Assembly: GCF_905187505.1 (NCBI RefSeq)
Contig: NZ_CAJJIC010000001.1
Span: forward strand, 24,264-88,263
Direction: 5' to 3'
Origin: an uncultured Mailhella sp.
Lineage (GTDB): Bacteria; Desulfobacterota; Desulfovibrionia; Desulfovibrionales; Desulfovibrionaceae
Length of the DNA: 64,000 nucleotides
The first letter of the stretch is position 1, and each line of letters starts with the position of its first letter. Positions 17,739 to 28,399 of this stretch are shown here, piece by piece. A model generated the notes under the pieces. It saw nothing but the letters and a program-made list of their open reading frames with translations. It searched no databases and was not told where the DNA came from. The position numbers and the translations under genes are program-made.

Positions 17739-18980
17739 ATGGCCGACTACGCCCGCAACCGAATGTTCTTTGCATCGAGCACCACCCTCATGCTCGTGGT
17801 GGCAGCCTACATGTCGTTCAGCCTGTTATGGCACGACCCCGTCCCCATGGGCTGGCGAATACCGCTCACCGTTCTGCTCTTCCTTGTTTCCCAGACCATC
17901 ACGGGCATGCGCGTGCTCATCACGTGGCGGCCGGACCTGCCGTTTTCGCTCATCCGGGCCGGGGGCTTCATCTCCTCGTCGTTCATGGTGCTCTCGTGGA
18001 TCGTCCTTCTGCGCGACGCGCTGCTGGCCCTCACCTTTGCCGTCTCCCTTTTCGTGCCGCAGATCGAAGGCGTGAAGGACGGCATGTTCTCCGTGCTTCT
18101 TTCTCCGGCTGCGGAATGGTCCATGTTCGGCGCAAGTCTTGTTGCGGCGGCCTTCGGCATGGCCCGGGCCCTGGTCGTGCCCTCCGTGAAAAGAGTCGAC
18201 GTTCCCCTGCAGGGACTTCCGAAGGATCTGGAAGGTCTGACCATCGCCCATCTGAGCGATCTGCACATCGGTTCCACCTTCACCGGGGCGTGGCTGGAAG
18301 AAGTGGTGCGCCGCACCAACGAACTCAACCCCGACTTCACGCTCATCACCGGAGACCTCGCCGACGGCCGGCCCGAACGCATAGGCAGCCTTCTGCGGCC
18401 CATCACCGAACTGCGCGCCCGTTTCGACGTCATCATCAGCGTGGGCAATCACGACTACTACTCAGGGCTTCGCCGATGGGTGGAAACCTGGCGGAGCTGG
18501 GGCATGACGGTACTGCTCAACGAGCATCGGACATATGAGGTGAACGGCAGAAACGTGGTCATCGCCGCCGTCACCGACCCCTGCGCCGTGCTCTTCCGCA
18601 GTCTCGACGAATCCATGGGCGCGCCCGATCCCCGCAAGGCGCTGGAAGGCGCGGGAGAAGGACTGAAAGTGCTCATGTCGCACCGCCCCGGACACGCGGA
18701 GCAGAACGCCGCCTTCGGCTGTCATCTCCAGCTTTCCGGGCATACGCACGGCGGACAGTTCTTCTTTCTTTTCCCCCTCGTATCGCGACTGAACGGCGGG
18801 TTCCGCTCAGGCCTTTACAAGGCCGGTTCCATGCCTCTCTACGTCAGTCCCGGCACGGGCATGTGGGGATACGTGCCCATGCGTCTCGGCGTGGGCGCGG
18901 AGATCACGCTGCTCACCCTGCGCCGCGCCGAGCCCGTCGTGCCGCAGAAGCCCACCTACAGAGGCAGGATAGGCGCCTGA
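17739..18980 (+). CDS. Membrane-anchored metallophosphoesterase (YkuE-like)
   Basis: N-terminal TM segments followed by IAHLSDLHIGS, ITGDLADG, VGNHDYY and LSGHTHGGQ. Start at MADYARN (17739) rather than the track start at 17538. Confidence 0.85.
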   Translation: MADYARNRMFFASSTTLMLVVAAYMSFSLLWHDPVPMGWRIPLTVLLFLVSQTITGMRVLITWRPDLPFSLIRAGGFISSSFMVLSWIVLLRDALLALTFAVSLFVPQIEGVKDGMFSVLLSPAAEWSMFGASLVAAAFGMARALVVPSVKRVDVPLQGLPKDLEGLTIAHLSDLHIGSTFTGAWLEEVVRRTNELNPDFTLITGDLADGRPERIGSLLRPITELRARFDVIISVGNHDYYSGLRRWVETWRSWGMTVLLNEHRTYEVNGRNVVIAAVTDPCAVLFRSLDESMGAPDPRKALEGAGEGLKVLMSHRPGHAEQNAAFGCHLQLSGHTHGGQFFFLFPLVSRLNGGFRSGLYKAGSMPLYVSPGTGMWGYVPMRLGVGAEITLLTLRRAEPVVPQKPTYRGRIGA

Positions 18981-19053
18981 CCCGCAAGAACGCTTCCCGC
19001 ATCCCAGCGCGGCATGAAAAGCAGGAAGGAATTCCTCCCGGCTTGAAACACAA

Positions 19054-19084
19054 ACGAGGCAGCCCGACGGGCTGCCTCGTTTTC
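19054..19084. terminator. Bidirectional intrinsic terminator between the convergent metallophosphoesterase and ettA genes
   Basis: ACGAGGCAGCCC-GAC-GGGCTGCCTCGT hairpin, followed by TTTTCTGTT on plus. A T-rich run follows on minus as well (plus-strand AAACACAAA upstream). Confidence 0.7.
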
Positions 19085-19133
19085 TGTTCAGAAAAAGGAA
19101 CGAAGGTCGCTTCTTCCCCCTGTGAAGCCGGGC

Positions 19134-20819
<1,686 letters not shown>

Positions 20820-21093
20820 AGCAGTTCCATGAAGTTTTTAGTCGCCCGTCAAGCCGAGCAACAGAATAATAGAACTCTTATCTTCTCAGAAGCCGGACAA
20901 CTTGTCCAGCAATAAAAGCGTACGCCTTCTGCCTCTTCAGAGAGACGGACGTAGGGGCCTTCCATGCGAACCGGCCGGAAGTCAGGTCCGCCGTCCTCCC
21001 GACGTTTCCGCACGCCCCGTGCCGCCTGAGGTCGCACCTTACGCATCATCCGCGCCGAACGCCCCGTCGAAGGCCTGAAAACGCTCCCGGGGA

Positions 21094-21122
21094 TTGACTT
21101 CGCTCTCCGGCAGGCCTATATT
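21094..21122 (+). promoter_or_regulatory. Sigma70-like promoter candidate of greA
   Basis: TTGACT (21094-21099), 17-nt spacer, TATATT (21117-21122), about 105 nt upstream of the greA ATG. Confidence 0.5.
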
Positions 21123-21229
21123 GCAAAGAAAGCATTTCCTGATGCCCCGCTTCTTTGGAAGTGACGACCTCTCTTTCAAGAAGTTGGGCCTCTTTTTTTG
21201 CATATCACTTTTGTTTGAAGGTACCTGCC

Positions 21230-21709
21230 ATGAGCACGCCTATTTCCGTACAGGGCTACAAGAAGCTGGAAAAAGAACTCGCAGAGCTCAAGAAAGAGCG
21301 TCCCATCGTCATTCAGGCCATCAAGGAAGCCCGCGAAGAGGGCGACCTCAAGGAAAATGCCGGTTACGACGCTGCCCGTGAGCGCCAGGGATTTCTGGAA
21401 GCCCGCATCAACTACATCGAGTCCCAGCTTCCTCAGTACACTGTCATCGACCTTGACACGCTCCACAGCGACAAGGTCATCTTTGGCGCTACCGTGCATG
21501 TGGTCGACGTGGACACCGACGAGGAACGCCAGTTCACCTTGCTTGGCCCCGACGAAGCCGACTTCGCCAAGGGCTCCATATCCATCAACTCTCCTGTGGG
21601 ACGCGCCCTCCTCGGTCATGAGGTCGGCGACGAAGTCACCATCGACATTCCCCGCGGCCGCGTGACCTACGAAATCACCGAGATCGAATTCCACGGCGTG
21701 CGCGACTAG
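21230..21709 (+). CDS. greA: Transcription elongation factor GreA
   Basis: ISVQGYKKLEKELAELK...AIKEAREEGDLKENAGYDAARERQ coiled-coil finger plus the C-terminal FKBP-like domain (ISINSPVGRALLGHEVGDEV). Confidence 0.95.
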   Translation: MSTPISVQGYKKLEKELAELKKERPIVIQAIKEAREEGDLKENAGYDAARERQGFLEARINYIESQLPQYTVIDLDTLHSDKVIFGATVHVVDVDTDEERQFTLLGPDEADFAKGSISINSPVGRALLGHEVGDEVTIDIPRGRVTYEITEIEFHGVRD

Positions 21710-21730
21710 GCGCCTGCGCCCGGCATTCCG

Positions 21731-21764
21731 AAAGGCCTCCGCTGCGCGGAGGCCTTTTCTTTTC
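21731..21764 (+). terminator. Rho-independent terminator of greA
   Basis: GGCCTCCGC-TGC-GCGGAGGCC hairpin (21734-21754), extended by AAA/TTT and followed by TTTTCTTTTCCC. Confidence 0.75.
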
Positions 21765-22007
21765 CCGCGTTTGCGCGATGAAAAGCGCTTATGCGCTCTG
21801 CCGCGCGTTCCGCAGGACAAGGGCGCAGAAGCCTGCCCGGGCCGCCCTTCGCAAGATGCCGCACGAAGGTTCTGGCCTGCCGTCCCTGAAACGCTCTCTT
21901 TCTTCGTCGTCGCTCCCCGGGCCATGACAAAAGCCCCGCAAAACTCTTCCTGCCGGAAAAGCTCTGCGGAGCCCGTATGCCGGAAACGTCGTCCCGTGAC
22001 GCAATCG

Positions 22008-23729
22008 TCAGACCAGCTTCCAGTCTCTTATGCGCACGTCCACGCTGGCCGCGCCGTTATACATGTCTATGCCGGGGCTGTAGGCAAGCAGAATGCGCCT
22101 GCCCTCAAGGTCGGCCGGAAACTGCTCGGCCTGCCTCCATGCCTTGGCCTGAAGCGTGATGCCGCAGCTTTCGTCGGCAAGTTCCAGAAGCACGTGATTC
22201 TTCTGCGGCCCGAAAATCTTGCGCCTTTTCACAAGCAGCGGCGGGGACTGGAACACAGGCTCGGGATTGCCCACGCCGAAAGGCTGCATCATCTCAAGTT
22301 CCTTGAGAAAAATAAAATTCGTCGCCGCCTTGAAATCAAGATTTCCGTCAATCATCTGCACGGCGGGCACGGGCGCGTCGCCAAGGGTCTCGCGCACCAC
22401 GCTCACGAAGCGGGAGCGAAACGATTCCAGATTTTCCGGCCGCACGCGCACGCCGGCGGCCATGCGGTGTCCGCCGTAGGAAAGCAGTTCTCCCGCGCAG
22501 CGGGCAAGTCCCGCATGCAGGTCGAATCCGCTGATGGAGCGTCCCGAGCCCTTCAGCGTGTCGCCGTCGGCACACAGCACGAGCGCAGGCTTGTGGTACT
22601 TCTCCACCAGACGCGAAGCCACAATGCCTATGACTCCCTGATTCCAGTCCCGTCCCGCAATGACCAGCGCAGGATCGTTCAGCGCGGCTTCGGCCTGCAC
22701 CATGGCCTCTTCGGTAATGCGCTCCTCTTCCTGACGGCGCTGCGTGTTGTAGCCGTCCAGCGTGCGAGCAAGATCCGCCGCGCTGTCGCAATCCCCGGCG
22801 CACAGAAGCGCCAGCGCCGTTTCCGCCGACGCCACGCGCCCGGCGGCATTGATGCGCGGGGCAAGGCTGAAGATGACCTGTCCCGCACCGAGACTGGCAA
22901 GCGGCGCGAATCCGCTCACCGCCTTGAGCTCGGAAATGCCGGGACGCTTCGCTTCGGCAATGACGAGCAGGCCGTTCTTCACCAGAATGCGGTTCTGTCC
23001 TTCCAGATCCACAAGATCGGCCAGCGTACCAAGCGCCACGAGATCCAGCGTGCGGCGCATGTCCATGCGCGGCGAGCCCGCCTCGGCGAGGCGTGCGTTG
23101 AGCTCGGCCATGAGAAAGAACGTGACGCCCACGCCCGCAAGGGAAGCGCAGGGACATTCCGCCAGCCTGGGATTGCACAATGCGGTCGCTTGCGGCAACG
23201 TTTCCGGCGGCAGATGATGGTCGGTGACCACCACGTCCATGCCGAGCTCTCTGGCCCTCGCGATGGCCGCCGCGTCGGAAATGCCGCAGTCCACGGTAAG
23301 CAGCATGGACGCGCCCGCTTCCGCAAGCGCCTCCACGCCCTTCGCGTTCATGCCGTAGCCTTCCTCCCGTCTGTCGGGCAAATGCCACAGCGCGTCGTAG
23401 CCGTGATGTCGCAGCACCTGAAGAGCAAGAGCCGTGCTCGTCACGCCGTCGGCGTCATAGTCGCCCCATATGGCAAGCTTTTTCCCGGCCAGCAGACCTT
23501 CCGCCAGTACGGAGGCTGCCTTTGCCATGCCCGGCCACAATGAAGGCCTGGCCAGATGACGAAGACCGGGAGAAAGATATTCCGCCAGCTCTTCCGGACT
23601 CTCCAGACCGCGCAGCCAGAGAATTTCGGCCAGGCGGGAAGAAATGCCGCAGCGCTCGGCCGCGTCGTGGAAGGAATCCGGGACGGCTCTGCCGTCCCTG
23701 CGGGTGCGGAATATCCAGTTCTTGCTCAT
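22008..23729 (-). CDS. recJ: Single-stranded-DNA-specific exonuclease RecJ
   Basis: DHH-family motifs (IWGDYDADGVTS, LLTVDCGIS, VVVTDHH) and DHHA1 (GGHRMAAG). 573 aa. Confidence 0.93.
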   Translation of the reverse strand: MSKNWIFRTRRDGRAVPDSFHDAAERCGISSRLAEILWLRGLESPEELAEYLSPGLRHLARPSLWPGMAKAASVLAEGLLAGKKLAIWGDYDADGVTSTALALQVLRHHGYDALWHLPDRREEGYGMNAKGVEALAEAGASMLLTVDCGISDAAAIARARELGMDVVVTDHHLPPETLPQATALCNPRLAECPCASLAGVGVTFFLMAELNARLAEAGSPRMDMRRTLDLVALGTLADLVDLEGQNRILVKNGLLVIAEAKRPGISELKAVSGFAPLASLGAGQVIFSLAPRINAAGRVASAETALALLCAGDCDSAADLARTLDGYNTQRRQEEERITEEAMVQAEAALNDPALVIAGRDWNQGVIGIVASRLVEKYHKPALVLCADGDTLKGSGRSISGFDLHAGLARCAGELLSYGGHRMAAGVRVRPENLESFRSRFVSVVRETLGDAPVPAVQMIDGNLDFKAATNFIFLKELEMMQPFGVGNPEPVFQSPPLLVKRRKIFGPQKNHVLLELADESCGITLQAKAWRQAEQFPADLEGRRILLAYSPGIDMYNGAASVDVRIRDWKLV

Positions 23730-23871
23730 AGTCCGTCCATGTCGGGTGTCGTCGTCTTTTGCCGAGCTCTCCCGTCGTCAGGGTTGAAGGGGCGCAGCGT
23801 GAAACGCCGCAAACGGCTCTTTCGCTCTTCTGCGTCGAAGCGTCATTCCCATGACGCCGGGCAGGAAAAGA

Positions 23872-24492
23872 CTAACCTCCGCAGATGCTCCGGGCAAGCT
23901 GGGGCTTGAGCGAAGGCTGAAGCGTGGAGGCCAGATAGAAGGAACGCAGCTGATCATAGGCACGGTCAAGGTCGTCGTTCACGATGATGGCGTCGAACCA
24001 GTGGCTGCTCATGATCTCGGTGCGCGCGTTGGAAAGACGGACACGAATGGCCTCCTCGCTGTCGGTGCCGCGGCCGCGCAGCCGCCTCTCGAGCTCCTCC
24101 ATGGACGGAGGCAGAATGAACACGAAGCGTGCTTCCGGCAGGGAAAGGGAAAGCTGCGCCGCGCCCTGAACGTCGATGTCGAAAAGCATGTCCCTGCCGA
24201 GCGCCAGTCTGTCGAGCACGGGCTGAAGGGGCGTGCCGTAGAAATTGCCGTGAACCTCGGCCCATTCGGCAAAATATCCCTGCCCGCGCCGCTGCACGAA
24301 GGTCTCACGATCGAGAAAAATGTAATCCACGCCGTCCTTCTCGGTGCCGCGGGGGGCCCTGGTCGTGCAGGAAATGGAAAACTCCAGAGGGAATTCCGCG
24401 GTCAGCCTGCTCACCAGCGTCGTCTTGCCCGCACCGGATGGCGCGCAGATGACGAAGGGAAGGCCGCGGCGCGGACCGAAATCATTGCTCAT
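23872..24492 (-). CDS. gmk: Guanylate kinase
   Basis: P-loop [28 protein letters not shown] and overall Gmk length. The start overlaps the remA stop. Confidence 0.93.
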   Translation of the reverse strand: MSNDFGPRRGLPFVICAPSGAGKTTLVSRLTAEFPLEFSISCTTRAPRGTEKDGVDYIFLDRETFVQRRGQGYFAEWAEVHGNFYGTPLQPVLDRLALGRDMLFDIDVQGAAQLSLSLPEARFVFILPPSMEELERRLRGRGTDSEEAIRVRLSNARTEIMSSHWFDAIIVNDDLDRAYDQLRSFYLASTLQPSLKPQLARSICGG

Positions 24493-24776
24493 ATATCATC
24501 CTCGTCTTCTTCGTCGGAGCCGTCGGCCCCGCCCTGCGAGGCGAAGCGCTGGCCCAGCGTGTCCGCAGAAATGGCGGACAGTATGACATGGTTGGAGTCG
24601 GTGACCAGAATGGCCCGCGTCTTGCGTCCCTGCGAAACGTCCACAAGACGGCCCTCCGCGCGGGCGTCGTCGCGAAGACGCCGCATGGGAGAGGAGAGCG
24701 GGTTCACTATGGCCACCACGCGAGAGGCCAGCACGTAGTTGCCGAACCCCACGTTGACAAGCTGCTGCCTTGCCAT
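24489..24776 (-). CDS. remA: RemA/DUF370 family regulator
   Basis: [73 protein letters not shown] aligns closely by eye with Bacillus RemA. Start at MARQQ (24776). Confidence 0.88.
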   Translation of the reverse strand: MARQQLVNVGFGNYVLASRVVAIVNPLSSPMRRLRDDARAEGRLVDVSQGRKTRAILVTDSNHVILSAISADTLGQRFASQGGADGSDEEDEDDI

Positions 24777-24778
24777 GA

Positions 24779-25657
24779 CTACTCCAGATTCTGCACCTGT
24801 TCGCGACACTTTTCCAGTTCGTTCTTGCAGTCCACCACGATGCGGGAGACCTGCGCGTCCTGGATCTTGTTGCCGCAGGTATTGATTTCGCGGAAGCTCT
24901 CCTGAAGCGTGAAGTCCAGCTTGCGCCCCGCATCCTCTCCGCTCTCCATGAGCGAGGCCAGACGCAGCAGATGAGAATGCAGGCGTATGAGTTCTTCCGT
25001 CACGTCCAGCTTGTCGGCCATGATGACCATTTCCTGAAGAAAGCGTCCTTCCTCAAGCTCGACGCCGAGATTGCTCATCATGTCGGAAAGGCGTTCGCGC
25101 ACCTGCTCGAACCTGGCGGCCTTCACCTCGGGCGCACGCTCCTCGATGGCGGAAACCCATTCGGCCATGCGGCCGAAGCGCACTTCAAGATCGCCCGCAA
25201 GCGCTGCGGCCTCCGTCTCGCGGGACTCGTTCCAGTCGGAAAGAGCGAATTCCAGTCCGAGGGCGAGGGGCTCGAAAAGCGCATCGTCGTCTTCCTCTCC
25301 CGCCGAGCTCCAGAGCACGGGAAGCTGCATGAGCGTCATGTAGTCCACCTCGAAAATGTCGCCTCTCGACGAGGCAAAGGCCTTCACGGCGTCCAGCATG
25401 GCCGCGGCCTGCGCGCTGTCGAAACTTGTGCGCTCTTCCCGGGAAAACTGAATGTTCAGCGTAAGTTCCACGCGACCGCGCGAGGCGAAGCGCCGCACGA
25501 TCTTTTCAAAGCGGGCCTCCATGTTGCGGGCCTGCGGGGGGAGCTTCCACTTGAGGTCGAGAAAGCGGCTGTTGACGCTGCGGATCTCCCAGGTCTGGAC
25601 CATGTCGCCGTTGTCCTGCTGAAAACGGCCGAAGCCCGTCATGCTGCGAAGCGGCAT
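24779..25657 (-). CDS. yicC: YicC/YloC family stress-induced protein
   Basis: [12 protein letters not shown]-terminus and C-terminal EINTCGNK...[18 protein letters not shown]. Sits in the conserved yicC-remA-gmk order. Confidence 0.88.
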   Translation of the reverse strand: MPLRSMTGFGRFQQDNGDMVQTWEIRSVNSRFLDLKWKLPPQARNMEARFEKIVRRFASRGRVELTLNIQFSREERTSFDSAQAAAMLDAVKAFASSRGDIFEVDYMTLMQLPVLWSSAGEEDDDALFEPLALGLEFALSDWNESRETEAAALAGDLEVRFGRMAEWVSAIEERAPEVKAARFEQVRERLSDMMSNLGVELEEGRFLQEMVIMADKLDVTEELIRLHSHLLRLASLMESGEDAGRKLDFTLQESFREINTCGNKIQDAQVSRIVVDCKNELEKCREQVQNLE

Positions 25658-25658
25658 A

Positions 25659-27005
25659 CTATTCTCCTGGTGGATGGTTCGTAAGGTCTTCTCCCCCTGC
25701 GGGGCGAACGATGATCAAATTTCCTTCCACGCGCACGGGAGAAACCCGGACAAGTTCATGCCCGCGCCTCGCCGCGCACGATTCGTCTTCCATGCGGCAG
25801 TCGGCATACCACTCGTTGTTGCCGTGTCTTGCGTCCGCGCTGTCGAACGCTACGGTCATGCCGGGCATGGCAAGCTGAGCCTGAAGAAACTTCCCGTGCT
25901 TTTCCGCCATGAGGGCTCGAACCCTCGCGGCGTGCTCCTGACGCACCTTTTTGGGGAGCTGATCCTTCAGTTCGGCCGCGCGCGTTCCGGGGCGCACGGA
26001 ATAGGGAAACACGTGGGCGTAGGTCATAGGCAGAGCGCGCAGCATCGCCAGCGTCTCTTCGGTCTCCTCTTCGGTTTCTCCGGGGAATCCCATGAGAATG
26101 TCGGCCCCGAGCCCCATCACCGGCCAGAAGCGGCGCATCTTCGCCACGGCGTCGGTCACGCTTTCCGGCGAATAGGGAGAACGCCCCATGCGACGCAGAA
26201 CGGCCATGCTGCCGCTCTGAAGAGAAAGGTGCAGATGCGGACACACCATGCGGCAGCCTTCCAGCGTTTCAAGGCATTCCGCCGCCGTCACCTGCGCAGG
26301 GTCCAGAGAGCTCAGGCGAAATCTCGCCCTGTCCCGCCACTCCGGTGAAAACTCCGCGTCCATGCGCCGAAGCAGCGTCCAGAAATTCCTTCCGTCTGCG
26401 CCGTCGGCGTGGAACTGACGCAGATTCACCCCGGAAATCATGATTTCCCGGTATCCGTTCTCAAGCAGCCGCCGCGTTTCGGCCAGAATGTCGTCCACCG
26501 GACGGCTGCGCGCCGGTCCGCGCGTGAGCGGGATGATGCAGTAGGCACAGCCCTGGGAACAGCCGTCCTGCACCTTGACCACGGGCCTCGCCCGACGGAA
26601 GGAGCGTATGGCAAAGGGCGCAAAGCGGGGCCTGCCCTCCTCCGCAACGGAAAAGTCCGTCATTTCCAGCGGATGCCCCCGCAGAAGCACGAACTTGTCC
26701 CTCTGCGGAATCACCGCGGCAACGCCGGGCAGCCTGAAATCCGCAGGTTCCGCCGAGGCTGCGCAGCCTGCGGCAAAAATGCGCGCTTCGGGGTTGAGAC
26801 GCCCGAGCTTTCTCGTCATCTGTCTTGCGTCGCTCACGGCTTCGGCCGTCACGGCGCAGGAATCCACAAGCATCACGTCCGCTTCGGCGGGGTCGTCGGT
26901 TTCCGTGCCGCCCAGACTCTGCCACCATTCCCGTATGGCCTGCGTTTCATACTGGTTCACACGGCAGCCGTAGGTGACGGCGTAAAATTTAAACGTCCTT
27001 TCCAT
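25659..27005 (-). CDS. mtaB: MiaB/MtaB-family radical SAM methylthiotransferase (MtaB-like)
   Basis: UPF0004 N-domain (YAVTYGCRVNQYETQ...VDSCAVT), radical SAM CSQGCAYCIIP, and a C-terminal TRAM-like region. Confidence 0.8.
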   Translation of the reverse strand: MERTFKFYAVTYGCRVNQYETQAIREWWQSLGGTETDDPAEADVMLVDSCAVTAEAVSDARQMTRKLGRLNPEARIFAAGCAASAEPADFRLPGVAAVIPQRDKFVLLRGHPLEMTDFSVAEEGRPRFAPFAIRSFRRARPVVKVQDGCSQGCAYCIIPLTRGPARSRPVDDILAETRRLLENGYREIMISGVNLRQFHADGADGRNFWTLLRRMDAEFSPEWRDRARFRLSSLDPAQVTAAECLETLEGCRMVCPHLHLSLQSGSMAVLRRMGRSPYSPESVTDAVAKMRRFWPVMGLGADILMGFPGETEEETEETLAMLRALPMTYAHVFPYSVRPGTRAAELKDQLPKKVRQEHAARVRALMAEKHGKFLQAQLAMPGMTVAFDSADARHGNNEWYADCRMEDESCAARRGHELVRVSPVRVEGNLIIVRPAGGEDLTNHPPGE

Positions 27006-27007
27006 GA

Positions 27008-28399
27008 TTACCGTCCGCCGATGATGGAATATCCGCGTATACGCTCAATAAGCAGTCCCTTCGGGTCGACATCGCCTCTCTCGCTGCCGGGCGCAAGTCC
27101 CGTGATCACGGCTCTGCCGAGAATGACGCGTCCCTCGCGTCCGTCGCGCAGTCTGCTGCGCACGCCCCAGATATCGTGGAAGAACACGGGTCTTCCGTCA
27201 AAGCGGCCCACGTAGAGCCCGATGTGGCCGGGCAGCCACAGAAGCGTGCGGAAGGGTTCGGCCCCGCGAAGTATGGCGTCCGCCTTGTTTTCGGCGGAAA
27301 GATCCTGAACGCTGTGAAAATCTCCGGCCTTTGCCTGCGCCGCGGAATTTCTGGGCAGCCATATGCCGAAGGGCGCGAACAGGTCGCGCATCATGGCCGA
27401 ACAGTCTCTGTTGCCGTACATGCCGCCCCAGCCGTAATTCTCGCCCATCATGCGGTCGCCTATGACGGCCACGGCCTGGGCGGAAAGCGGCTGCGGCATG
27501 GGCAGCACGCTCCCCTCTTCCACAAAGGCATGTGCCGCGGCCGCACGCCCGTCCGCACCGCGCACGGGCACAAGCACCGTCTGCCCGCTCATGGGCAGCA
27601 CCGTGCCTATGTCCGCCAGAGCGAGAAACGCGCCCGCCGAACGCAGGGAAACGCCTTCCCTCACCACGCAGCCCAGTAAAGCCGACTGCCACAGATTTTT
27701 AAACGACTCGTCCACGAAGGCCACGCTTCCGGCCTCCACCCAGCCCCAGGCCATGGGGCTCTGCACCAGAAGCCACGCACCGTCGCGGCTTGCGTGATGC
27801 ACCATGAGCGGCGTGCCTGCCGCCATGGAGCTCTGCTGGAAGTCGTCGAAGGGCCAGCCCTGCCCCGCGCCCTCGATTCTTGCAAAACGCGGCTTCACGG
27901 TAGGAGCGAGACGAAGATCGGCATGACGGACCACAATGGCCGCCCGGCGCTCCTGCGAAACGTCGTCCAGCGCGGCGTTGTATCTCATTTTCTCCCACGC
28001 CGCGTCGCTCCAGGGGCGCAGGTTCTCTGCGTAGCCGCGCCTGCCGGGAGCCCAGTTCAGCACGGCCTCAAATTCCCGCAGCGTGGCGCGGGACATCTTG
28101 CCCGCCTTCCAGGGCGCAAGGAAATTCCTGCGGAACTTCTGCATATCCGCTGCAGCTGCAGCCGACGAACGCAGAAGCGCGCTTCCGCCGGCCTTCTCGG
28201 CAAACACGGCAAGACTCTGGGGAATGGTCTGCACGTCCCGCACTTCGCCGGCCGCGTTCTGTTTCTGCTGCGGCACTTTGGGCTGACCGGCACAGCCGCC
28301 GGCAAGCACCGCCCCGGAGAGCACAAGCCCAAGAACGACGGCCTTCGCGCCGAAAAATTCCGTCAGCGTTCCGAGCGTCGGATGATGCACTGCTGTCAT
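27008..28399 (-). CDS. Lipoprotein with SH3b-like N-domains and a C-terminal NlpC/P60 (C40) peptidoglycan peptidase domain
   Basis: Lipobox LAGGC after a hydrophobic leader. NlpC/P60 catalytic context NRDCSAMMRDLF...LPGHIGLYVG. Start MTAVHH (28399) with GAGGAGA RBS; the ATGA overlaps the helicase stop. Confidence 0.8.
   Translation of the reverse strand: MTAVHHPTLGTLTEFFGAKAVVLGLVLSGAVLAGGCAGQPKVPQQKQNAAGEVRDVQTIPQSLAVFAEKAGGSALLRSSAAAAADMQKFRRNFLAPWKAGKMSRATLREFEAVLNWAPGRRGYAENLRPWSDAAWEKMRYNAALDDVSQERRAAIVVRHADLRLAPTVKPRFARIEGAGQGWPFDDFQQSSMAAGTPLMVHHASRDGAWLLVQSPMAWGWVEAGSVAFVDESFKNLWQSALLGCVVREGVSLRSAGAFLALADIGTVLPMSGQTVLVPVRGADGRAAAAHAFVEEGSVLPMPQPLSAQAVAVIGDRMMGENYGWGGMYGNRDCSAMMRDLFAPFGIWLPRNSAAQAKAGDFHSVQDLSAENKADAILRGAEPFRTLLWLPGHIGLYVGRFDGRPVFFHDIWGVRSRLRDGREGRVILGRAVITGLAPGSERGDVDPKGLLIERIRGYSIIGGR

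Noticed and set aside
21193-21199. T7 run in the greA leader as a possible GraL-like attenuator or terminator.
   Set aside because: No stable stem lies immediately before the T run. Only a distant 6-bp CTTCTT/AAGAAG pairing exists.
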